Part shown: piece by piece, positions 37,987 to 45,751 of the stretch
Position numbering within the stretch: position 1 is the stretch's first letter
How the letters are laid out: each line of letters starts with the position of its first letter
Source: an uncultured Clostridiaceae bacterium
GTDB lineage: Bacteria; Bacillota; Clostridia; Saccharofermentanales; UBA5734
Assembly: GCA_942493365.1 (NCBI GenBank)
Contig: OW818697.1
Span: forward strand, 2,276,093-2,340,092
Length of the DNA stretch: 64,000 nt
Direction: 5' to 3'
Notes under the pieces: generated by a model
The model's input: the letters and a program-made list of their open reading frames with translations, nothing else
Told to the model about the DNA's origin: nothing
Databases searched by the model: none
Made by a program: the position numbers and the translations under genes

Positions 37987-39213
37987 ATGGCTGTCAATGT
38001 ATTCGATACGCTGGTTGAACGCGGTTATCTGGCTCAGGTCACCCACGAGAAGGAAGTCAAGGAACTCCTCGCCAAGCCCAGCGTCACCTTTTATATTGGC
38101 TTCGATCCGACCGCTGACAGCCTGCACGTCGGCCATTTCGTCCAGATGATGGTCATGGCCCACCTGCAGAAGGCCGGCCATCGGCCGATCGCCGTGCTCG
38201 GCGGCGGCACCGGCATGGTCGGCGATCCGTCCGGGCGCTCCGATCTGCGCAACGTCCTGACCGTCGAAAGCATCCAGGCCAACGTCGCCAAATTCCGCGA
38301 CCAGATGAAGATCCTGCTGGACTTCAGCGAGGGCAAAGCCCTGATGGTCGACAACGCCGACTGGTTGCTGCCCTTGAATTACGTCGAATTTCTCCGCGAC
38401 ATCGGTTCGCAGTTTTCGGTCAACAAAATGCTGACCGCCGACTGTTACAAACAGCGGCTCGAGCAAGGCCTGACTTTTCTCGAGTTCAACTACATGCTGA
38501 TGCAGGCCTACGATTTTCTCGAGCTCTACCGCCGTTACAACTGCCAAATGCAACTGGGCGGCGACGACCAGTGGTCCAACATCCTGGCCGGCGTCGACCT
38601 GATCCGTCGCAAGGAGCAGGGTGCGGCTTTCGGCATGACCTTCAAGCTGCTGACCACCAGCGCCGGCACCAAGATGGGCAAGACCGCCAAGGGCGCCGTC
38701 TGGCTCGACCCGAAAAAGACCACACCCTTCGAGTTTTATCAATACTGGCGCAACATCGACGACGCCGACGTCATCAACTGCATGAAAATGCTGACCTTCA
38801 TCGGTATGGACGAGGTCAATGAATACGCCAAGATGCAGGATTCGTCGATCAACGAAGCCAAAAAACGCCTGAGCTTTGAGGTCACCAAAATCATCCATGG
38901 CGAGGCCAACGCTATCGCCGCCCGCCAGCAGTCCGAGGATCTCTTCGAAAACGCCGGCCGCTCGGACACCCTGGCACGCACGATAATCGACGCCGCTCAA
39001 TTGGGCAGCCTGTCGCTGCTCGATCTGCTGCTCGAGGCCAAGCTGATCCCCTCCAAGGGCGAAGGCCGCCGCCTGATGCAGCAAAACGGCATTTATCTCA
39101 ACGACCAGGTCATTACCGACTTCAACTACCTGCTGACGGCCACCGACTTCACCGACGGCGAGGCGATTGTCCGCAAGGGCAAGAAGATTTATCACGCGAT
39201 TCAAATCAGGTGA
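37987..39213 (+). CDS. tyrS: Tyrosyl-tRNA synthetase
   Basis: HVGH (HIGH-type) is at [14 protein letters not shown], and KMGKT (KMSKS-type) is present. There is a C-terminal S4 domain. The ATG lies 9 nt after GAGG. Confidence 0.92.
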   Translation: MAVNVFDTLVERGYLAQVTHEKEVKELLAKPSVTFYIGFDPTADSLHVGHFVQMMVMAHLQKAGHRPIAVLGGGTGMVGDPSGRSDLRNVLTVESIQANVAKFRDQMKILLDFSEGKALMVDNADWLLPLNYVEFLRDIGSQFSVNKMLTADCYKQRLEQGLTFLEFNYMLMQAYDFLELYRRYNCQMQLGGDDQWSNILAGVDLIRRKEQGAAFGMTFKLLTTSAGTKMGKTAKGAVWLDPKKTTPFEFYQYWRNIDDADVINCMKMLTFIGMDEVNEYAKMQDSSINEAKKRLSFEVTKIIHGEANAIAARQQSEDLFENAGRSDTLARTIIDAAQLGSLSLLDLLLEAKLIPSKGEGRRLMQQNGIYLNDQVITDFNYLLTATDFTDGEAIVRKGKKIYHAIQIR

Positions 39214-39287
39214 AAGCTAAAAGCGAAAAACGAACAGTTGCGGAAGATTAATCCTTCATTGTTTAATATTGTTTTGGAGGTTTGGTT

Positions 39288-39673
39288 GTGAACCATATGG
39301 GAACCCAAAAACTCGAGACAAAGCGTTTGATTTTGCGGCCATTCAGGCTTGATGACGCAGAGGCGATGTTTCGGAACTGGTGCAGCGACTCGGAGGTCAC
39401 GAAATTTCTGATGTGGCCGAGGCGCTGGCAGCGCTGATCGACTTTTTCTTCAACGAGGTCAAGGCCAATCGACTCGACTCCCGTCACGATCCCCGCAATC
39501 CGAATTCCGGCAAGGTCATGCTCAAGTGCGGCCTGCAATATGAGGGCACCGTCCGCCAAGGCGATTGGTGCAATCAAGGCGTTTGTGATTACGCGATGTA
39601 TGGGATTTTGCGGGAGGACTATTTGAATTTAATGTGCGATATTTCATCTGCCAGCGCTGGCCGGCGGGGGTAA
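39288..39673 (+). pseudogene. GNAT (RimJ/RimL-like) N-acetyltransferase remnant with an internal deletion and frameshift
   Basis: The frame from GTG 39288 encodes MNHMGTQKLETKRLILRPFRLDDAEAMFRNWCSDSEVTKFLMWP and then stops at 39437. A different frame (39380..39673) encodes the GNAT C-terminus ALAALIDFFFNEVKANRLDSRHDPRNPNSGKVMLKCGLQYEGTVRQ. The central acetyl-CoA-binding region (roughly 60-70 aa) is missing. Confidence 0.65.
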
Positions 39674-41172
39674 AGTTCGATCAGATGCTGGCAAATTGCT
39701 CGGGCATTTTCGCTGCCGCTAGCTTTGATCAGCAACTTGACCTTTCGGCAAACTGATTGGTATTCACGCCTGTTGCTGGCTGCCTCGGCTGTATTTAGGA
39801 TGTCTTTTTCAAATACTTTGAAAACCTCATTCGCGCAAGCAGGAATCAGGTATTTGTAGTAATGATCAATCTCGCCAATGTTCCTTTGCACATATTCCAG
39901 CAGCAGCCCGAATTCCTGCTCTTCGATCAGGATGGGCAGGAAAATATTCGAGCGGCGAATTTGTTTCAACAGAGTTGGATAAACTGACTTCCATTGTTCG
40001 GCGGCGTACGTTTCTTTGATCTGATGATAGTATTCAATTTCACCATCAATCAGCAGCATCGTCGCGAGGCGACGCTGATCTTCGACCTGGCCGGTTTGAC
40101 AATAGATCCGATATTCATAAGTCCGCCACGTCTTGACACGACCTGGCAAATCTTGATCTTGCTTAAGACCTTTAACCACCAGATTAAGGGCTCGAATATA
40201 ATCCTCGCACTGAAGTGCCGCTTCAATCGCCATTTTCCGAAATTCTGAGAAGTGAATGTTTTCGTCCAGATATTTTTGCGCCTCGGATGCGGAGTCGAAT
40301 TTGGCAATCAGTTTATATCTGATCAAATTGATCCGTTCCAAAGAATAGACATCGCGTCTCTGGCTGCTCATCGCCTCAGCTTCGAGCGAATTCAGCACGC
40401 TTTCCAGTTTTTGCCGCATTTCTGGTGTTTTAACCAGCCAATGGGCGCGATCGAGCAGGTCAAGGCGCATGTCGGTCCAGCCTTCAAAGCGCTCATTGGC
40501 AGCATCTTTGAGGATTTGCTCGAAGATTTTTCTGTTCTCCGTAATCGGCAATTGTCCCGTCGAAAACTGCCGCTCCAGCAGGTCGTAGCATTCGCTGATG
40601 ATGTCGCCGAGGTTGCCGTCAGAATCGTCGGCTTTTTGAATCAGATCAACCATTTTATTCAGCACCAGCAAAGTCAAGCGCGCGGCCAGCACAAAGCGGC
40701 CGGATTCCATCCAGTCAGTAATGTCTTCGATGACATCTTTGGCACCGCCAACGGCTTTACTGACATGCCAGTAGTCGACAAATCCGCTCCTGGTTGCGCC
40801 GCGAATCGACAATTGAATCGTCTGCCTGGCCTCTTTGATGAGGGTCGCATCGTCGATCATGCGATTTTCCGCCGGGGATGGCGGACTCGAAATTGCTTGT
40901 GATAACTTCGCTTGACGAATGGCATAGAGGACCGCTGCCAAATGTTTGCAAAACGCCCCCGCCGTATAGGGACAGTCGCAGTTTGTATCGACAACGGAGC
41001 CGTTTTGACCCAATTTCACTTCGACCGCATAAACATCGGTCCCGTCAACTCTCGCTTTGTACTTGGACGTGCCGATTAGTTTGAGTGAATCGACGCGACC
41101 CTCCTCGAAATAGCGGCGTCCGCGTGCCAGAATCGCTGGATTGATTCCATTTTCGAAGTCGTTGATGTTCAT
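39619..41172 (-). CDS. SWIM zinc-finger domain protein with a long helical C-terminal region
   Basis: The SWIM motif CDCPYTAGAFCKHLAAVLYAI lies near the N-terminus. 517 aa. There is no adjacent helicase. Confidence 0.75.
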   Translation of the reverse strand: MNINDFENGINPAILARGRRYFEEGRVDSLKLIGTSKYKARVDGTDVYAVEVKLGQNGSVVDTNCDCPYTAGAFCKHLAAVLYAIRQAKLSQAISSPPSPAENRMIDDATLIKEARQTIQLSIRGATRSGFVDYWHVSKAVGGAKDVIEDITDWMESGRFVLAARLTLLVLNKMVDLIQKADDSDGNLGDIISECYDLLERQFSTGQLPITENRKIFEQILKDAANERFEGWTDMRLDLLDRAHWLVKTPEMRQKLESVLNSLEAEAMSSQRRDVYSLERINLIRYKLIAKFDSASEAQKYLDENIHFSEFRKMAIEAALQCEDYIRALNLVVKGLKQDQDLPGRVKTWRTYEYRIYCQTGQVEDQRRLATMLLIDGEIEYYHQIKETYAAEQWKSVYPTLLKQIRRSNIFLPILIEEQEFGLLLEYVQRNIGEIDHYYKYLIPACANEVFKVFEKDILNTAEAASNRREYQSVCRKVKLLIKASGSENARAICQHLIELYPRRPALADEISHIKFK

Positions 41173-41357
41173 GTTCTTACGTCCTCAGCACTTTCTCGCT
41201 TGCGAAAACATTTTGTTGGCATAATTTCGAATATCAACGGGAGACAACATGTTATATTTCTCTTTAACAGATGAAAAATACTGGCCAATAATTTCCTTTG
41301 ATGCAATATTTCTTATTTGTTCAGCCCGGGGAAGCTATTTGGATTAGTACTGTCTTC

Positions 41358-41417
41358 CAAATGCGATTATAATCGAATTGAATCGTGTTTTGCGGACAAA
41401 TTCGATTATACTCGAAT
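41358..41417. repeat. Two 21-nt near-identical palindrome-containing elements carrying TATAAT-like boxes
   Basis: CAAATGCGATTATAATCGAAT (41358-41378) and CAAATTCGATTATACTCGAAT (41397-41417) are 19/21 identical. The first contains the perfect 12-nt palindrome CGATTATAATCG. Confidence 0.6.
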
Positions 41418-41436
41418 ATGTCGATTGCGACAAAAC

Positions 41437-41464
41437 AAAAAAGAGCCCCGGAAATCCGGAGCTC
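41437..41464 (-). terminator. Rho-independent terminator of rpsT
   Basis: The minus strand reads GAGCTCCGG-ATTT-CCGGGGCTC (8 of 9 pairs) followed by TTTTTTGTTTTG. Confidence 0.75.
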
Positions 41465-41487
41465 TCGTCATTTCAGGTCGTCGCAAA

Positions 41488-41748
41488 TTACTTCGCGGTC
41501 TTGACAGCTTTGGCCAATTGGGATTGCTTGCGGGCCACATTGTTCTTGTGCAGATAACCCTTGGCAGCGGCCTTGTCGAGTGTTGACTGCGTCTCACGAA
41601 CCATATCGGCAGCATTTTCCGTTGAAGCAGCCACGGCAGACCGTGTCTTTTTCAGGGAAGTGCGGATTTCGCTCTTCTTGATTTTGTTGGCAGCGGTCTT
41701 TTTCTCAGTGACTGAGACACGCTTGATCGCTGATTTGATATTCGGCAT
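41488..41748 (-). CDS. rpsT: 30S ribosomal protein S20
   Basis: 86 aa with the N-terminus MPNIKSAIKRVSVTEKKTAANK, typical of bS20. Confidence 0.92.
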   Translation of the reverse strand: MPNIKSAIKRVSVTEKKTAANKIKKSEIRTSLKKTRSAVAASTENAADMVRETQSTLDKAAAKGYLHKNNVARKQSQLAKAVKTAK

Positions 41749-41910
41749 GATTTTTCACCTCCGGCCTGGTTTCCTGTCAGAAATTTTGACACTCAGGTAT
41801 TTTATCACGGAAAATGGCCGGTGGCAAGTGGCAATCCTAGCTATCTTGGTCCAGACGTGTTATGATTGGTGTAAGTTGAAATTTTTACAACATTGGAGGT
41901 ATTCATCAAC

Positions 41911-44004
41911 ATGCCCTATAATCCAAACCGAAACAAGAATCGGTTAGCACCGCGGCGCAATCCGGGTGCTGATAATGTCGTTTCCGGCGACAATAATATT
42001 CCCGCGGCATCTGCAGACAGCTTGTCTGCCGTCGTCAGAAAGCCACAGCCCAAACCAGTGGCCGGTCAGCCGCCCCGCCCCGCACACCGCCGGCCACCGG
42101 TCACCCCGACCGCGCCGGTGCGCAAAGTCACCGTCGGTCAGCAAGGACAGCCGACCACCAAAACGCCGGCGCGGCCAAACCAGCCCCGGCGTCCAGGACC
42201 CGGCAGGCCCCCGCTCCACGAGCCGCGTCCCACGGCCGCGACGCCGTCGCAAAATCAGCCGCAAACTCGAACAACGACCGGGCAGACCGGCTCCAGCCAA
42301 CGCCGCAAACAGGCGCCGGGACGCCCGGCTTCCCACACACCGGCCAACATGCTCAAGATCATTCCGCTGGGCGGCATGCGCGAGATCGGCAAAAATCTGA
42401 CGGTTTACGAGTATGGTAACGACATGATCGTCGTCGATTGCGGCATTGCCTTCCCCGAGGAAGATATGCCGGGTATCGATGTCGTCATCCCTGACTTTTC
42501 CTATCTCATCCAGAACAAGCATAAACTGCGTGGCATCTTCCTGACCCATGGTCACGAGGATCACATTGGCGCGCTACCCTGGCTGTGCAAAGACGTCAAA
42601 GTACCGATCTTCGGCAACCGCCTGACGCTCGAGCTGACCCGACTCAAGCTGGAGGACCGCGGCACCGGCGTCAGTGGCGTGACGCTGCACCCGATCAAGG
42701 ACGGCGTGGTCATTCCGGCCGGCCAGTTCAGCGTCGAATTTATTCATGTCAATCACAGCATTGCCGATGCCAACGCGCTGGCCATTACCACGCCGGCCGG
42801 TGTTATCTTCCATTCCGGCGACTTCAAAGTCGATTACACGCCGATCAACGGCGGGCCGATCGATCTGGCCCGCATAGCCGCCATCGGCTCCCAGGGCGTG
42901 CTGGCGCTGGTCTGCGAAAGCACCAACATCGAGCGTTCCGGCCATTCGTCGTCCGAACGCAAGGTCGGCGAGACCTTTGCCGATCTCTTCGGCAAGGCCA
43001 CCGGCCGCATCATGGTCGCGACCTTCTCGTCCAACGTTTACCGGCTGCAGCAGATTTTCACGGCAGCCGAGAAATTCAACCGCAAGGTCGCCCTGGTTGG
43101 CCGCAGCATGCTCAACGTCTTCAATGCCGCCAGTTCGCTGGGCTACATGGCTATGCGGCCGGACACCCTGATCGACATCAACCAGATCGACCGCTATGAC
43201 GCTGAGGAAATCGTCATCATCACCACGGGCAGCCAGGGTGAGCCGATGTCGGCACTGACCCGCATGGCCTTCTCCGAGCACAAGCGCGTAGAGATTGTGC
43301 CCGGCGACACGGTTATCATTTCCGCCAGCCCGATCCCCGGCAATGAAAAGCCCATCTACCGCGTCATCAACGAGCTTTTCAAACGCGGTGCGCACGTCAT
43401 TTACGAGTCGCTGGCTGAAATCCACGTTTCCGGCCACGCCTACGTTGAGGAGCTCAAGTTGCTGCACAGCCTGGTCCGCCCCAAATACTTTATCCCCGGC
43501 CACGGCGAATACCGCCACCTCTATCGCCATGCGGAAATGGCCAATTCGATGGGCGTGCCGTGGGAGAATATCTTCCTGCTCAACAACGGTGATATTTTCG
43601 AGTATCAGAATGGTCAGGCTCGCATCGGCGGTTTTGTCCCGGCGTCCGGCGTGCTGGTCGATGGCTCAGGCATGGTCGACATCAACAACCCGGTTCTGCA
43701 GGATCGCCGGCTGCTGTCCGAAGACGGTGTGGTGGCGATTTTCCTGTCCGTGGATTCGGTCACCGGCGAACTGCGCGACGAGCCCGATATCCAGGCGCGT
43801 GGCTTCATCTACGAGAGCGAGACCGATCGCATTATCCAGGAATGTCGCAAAAGAATCGGGCAATTCGCCCGCAAGGCCAATGGCGGCAACAAGCCGCTGG
43901 CGGAAATGATCGAATCCGGCGCTCTGCGTGATCTGCTGCGTGATCTGCTCTTCGAACGAACCAAGCGTCATCCGATTATATTGATTTCAGTTATTCAGGT
44001 TTGA
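41911..44004 (+). CDS. rnj: Ribonuclease J with a ~146-aa proline/arginine/glutamine/threonine-rich N-terminal extension
   Basis: The metallo-beta-lactamase core starts at LKIIPLGGMREIGKN and includes HGHEDHIG, followed by beta-CASP and C-terminal domains. The start is at ATG 41911, 11 nt after GGAGG. There is no SD before the internal Met at 42348. Confidence 0.88.
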   Translation: MPYNPNRNKNRLAPRRNPGADNVVSGDNNIPAASADSLSAVVRKPQPKPVAGQPPRPAHRRPPVTPTAPVRKVTVGQQGQPTTKTPARPNQPRRPGPGRPPLHEPRPTAATPSQNQPQTRTTTGQTGSSQRRKQAPGRPASHTPANMLKIIPLGGMREIGKNLTVYEYGNDMIVVDCGIAFPEEDMPGIDVVIPDFSYLIQNKHKLRGIFLTHGHEDHIGALPWLCKDVKVPIFGNRLTLELTRLKLEDRGTGVSGVTLHPIKDGVVIPAGQFSVEFIHVNHSIADANALAITTPAGVIFHSGDFKVDYTPINGGPIDLARIAAIGSQGVLALVCESTNIERSGHSSSERKVGETFADLFGKATGRIMVATFSSNVYRLQQIFTAAEKFNRKVALVGRSMLNVFNAASSLGYMAMRPDTLIDINQIDRYDAEEIVIITTGSQGEPMSALTRMAFSEHKRVEIVPGDTVIISASPIPGNEKPIYRVINELFKRGAHVIYESLAEIHVSGHAYVEELKLLHSLVRPKYFIPGHGEYRHLYRHAEMANSMGVPWENIFLLNNGDIFEYQNGQARIGGFVPASGVLVDGSGMVDINNPVLQDRRLLSEDGVVAIFLSVDSVTGELRDEPDIQARGFIYESETDRIIQECRKRIGQFARKANGGNKPLAEMIESGALRDLLRDLLFERTKRHPIILISVIQV

Positions 44005-44938
44005 TTGAATCCTTGCGGCGGTCCTTGACGTAAACGCTGCCAGTCTTTGACTTGGCCAGCTTCTTGAGTTCCGCCGCAACTTCCGCGACCTCAACGTGAG
44101 TCTCATAGGCGCGCTGTTCGTTGGTGATCACGGCGATGGAAATGGTCATGATCGGATACTCTGTCCGCTCACCGCGCCGGCTGTAAGTATAAATGCAGCC
44201 GTTTTCGAGGTCGTCTGCATTGTATATGGTTCGAATTCGTTCGTCAAAACGGGCGATAACATTTTCACAGATCGCGTCGACGTTGGCTGGCTTGGAGAGG
44301 ACGAAAAAGTCGTCACCGCCGATGTGTCCGACAAAATCACCCGCTGCGCCAAAGTCGGAAACCTGATCATTGATGATGTCCGCCGTCATCTTGATGGCGA
44401 TGTCACCTTGGGCAAACCCATAGACATCGTTGTAGGCTTTGAAATTGTCCAGATCCAAATAAATCGCCGCGAAAGGATCGTTGCGTTCGAGCCGATGGTT
44501 GATCTCCCGTTGGATTTCCAAATTGCCCGGCAGGCCAGTCAAGGGGCTGGCATCGCGGTTGCGGTCGATCCTTCGCAGGGTGTTGACCACACGACTCAAG
44601 AGTTCACGGCTGTTGAAGGGCTTGATAATATAGTCATCAGCGCCCAGTTCGAGGCCGATCAGCTTATCTTCCTGACGGTCCTGCGAGGTCAGCATGATAA
44701 TCGGCATGAGGTTGTTGCTTTCCGATTCGCGCAGAATACGGCAGACTTCAAAGCCGTCAACCTCCGGCATGACGACATCCAGCAGAACCATATCAGGTTT
44801 TTCTGTGCGCACCAAGCGAAGACCTTCCTCGCCGTTGGTCGCCCGGACAACCCGGTAACCTGCAGTTTCGAGAATGTCAGAAATGCATTTTGCGTAGAAG
44901 TCACTGTCATCAATGATCAGGATTTTTTTCTGCAGCAT
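43991..44938 (-). CDS. Response regulator (REC) fused to a GGDEF-type domain with a variant GGDDF motif
   Basis: The REC domain has ILIIDDS...LLDVVMPE. The GGDEF-like domain reads GHIGGDDFFVL, so the fourth signature residue is D rather than E. The gene's 3' end overlaps the rnj 3' end by 14 nt (convergent). Confidence 0.8.
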   Translation of the reverse strand: MLQKKILIIDDSDFYAKCISDILETAGYRVVRATNGEEGLRLVRTEKPDMVLLDVVMPEVDGFEVCRILRESESNNLMPIIMLTSQDRQEDKLIGLELGADDYIIKPFNSRELLSRVVNTLRRIDRNRDASPLTGLPGNLEIQREINHRLERNDPFAAIYLDLDNFKAYNDVYGFAQGDIAIKMTADIINDQVSDFGAAGDFVGHIGGDDFFVLSKPANVDAICENVIARFDERIRTIYNADDLENGCIYTYSRRGERTEYPIMTISIAVITNEQRAYETHVEVAEVAAELKKLAKSKTGSVYVKDRRKDSIKPE

Positions 44939-45022
44939 GCCTTAACCTCGTTATAAAACCGACAATATTATTATCGAACCTTTTCGTTAAACCATTATAA
45001 CTTATTTGCAAGATTTTTACAC

Positions 45023-45057
45023 AAAAAAACGTCGACTTTTTCAACTCGACGTTTTTT
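45023..45057 (-). terminator. Rho-independent (bidirectional-looking) terminator after the corrinoid-protein gene
   Basis: A7-ACGTCGA-(10-nt loop)-TCGACGT-T6. The 7-bp stem is flanked by complementary A and T runs. Confidence 0.75.
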
Positions 45058-45088
45058 GGTTTTTTTGGTGACTGTTTGCGAAGCTCGA

Positions 45089-45730
45089 TCAGGCTTTGGC
45101 TTTGATGGCCGCGACAGCGGCTTCGGCTGCTGATGCTGCGTCCGGGGTGTAAAGGTCAGCGCCAATGCCTTTGGCAAAAGCATCGCTGACCGGTGCTCCG
45201 CCAACCATGATAATGACCTTGTCGCGAATGCCCGCCGCAACAGCAGCGTCGATGACGCCCTTCATTTCGCTCATCGTCGTCGTCAGCAAAGCGGAGCAGC
45301 AAATGATCTGGGCACCGCTTTCGATGGCAGCTGTAATAAAGCGATCGGCCGAAGCATCGACGCCGATGTCGATGACTTCCAGACCTTTGCCCTCCATCAT
45401 CATGCCAACCAGGTTTTTACCGATATCATGCAGATCACCTTTGACGGTGCCGAGAACAACCTTGCCAACGGCCTTGACGCCATCTGCCACCAGCAGAGGT
45501 TTTAGTATCTCGGTGCCGGCTTTCATGGCGCGAGCGGCGATCAGGACATCCGGTACATAGACCTCGTTGTTTTTAAACTTGCCGCCGATGATACTCATGC
45601 CGGCCAACAGGCCATCATTGAGAATCGCTTGTGCTGAAATGCCGCTGTCGACGGCTTCTTGGACCATGATTTTGACGTCTTTGGCTTTGCCCTTCTGCAA
45701 TGCTTCGGAAATCTGATTGAGAAGTTCCAT
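45089..45730 (-). CDS. Cobalamin(B12)-binding corrinoid protein (MtaC/MtbC-like: helical cap plus Rossmann B12 domain)
   Basis: 213 aa. The B12 lower-ligand motif DxHxxG is present as GDLHDIGKNLV, with MVGGAP downstream. Confidence 0.8.
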   Translation of the reverse strand: MELLNQISEALQKGKAKDVKIMVQEAVDSGISAQAILNDGLLAGMSIIGGKFKNNEVYVPDVLIAARAMKAGTEILKPLLVADGVKAVGKVVLGTVKGDLHDIGKNLVGMMMEGKGLEVIDIGVDASADRFITAAIESGAQIICCSALLTTTMSEMKGVIDAAVAAGIRDKVIIMVGGAPVSDAFAKGIGADLYTPDAASAAEAAVAAIKAKA

Positions 45731-45751
45731 GTTTGTTGTCCTCCTGGAATT

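Noticed and set aside
37828-39204. A 458-aa minus-strand ORF antisense to tyrS. Similar long antisense ORFs lie opposite proS (28701-29876), alaS (61100-62770), the nucleotidase (52608-54005) and relA.
   Set aside because: These have no recognisable domains, no SD context and biased low-complexity composition. In every case the opposite strand encodes a well-supported housekeeping protein.
41185-41250. A 21-codon upstream ORF (MLSPVDIRNYANKMFSQARKC) ending 10 nt before the SWIM gene start.
   Set aside because: It has no SD and no distinctive composition. The SWIM gene's own SD (GAGGA) overlaps the uORF stop. There is not enough evidence to call it a leader peptide.
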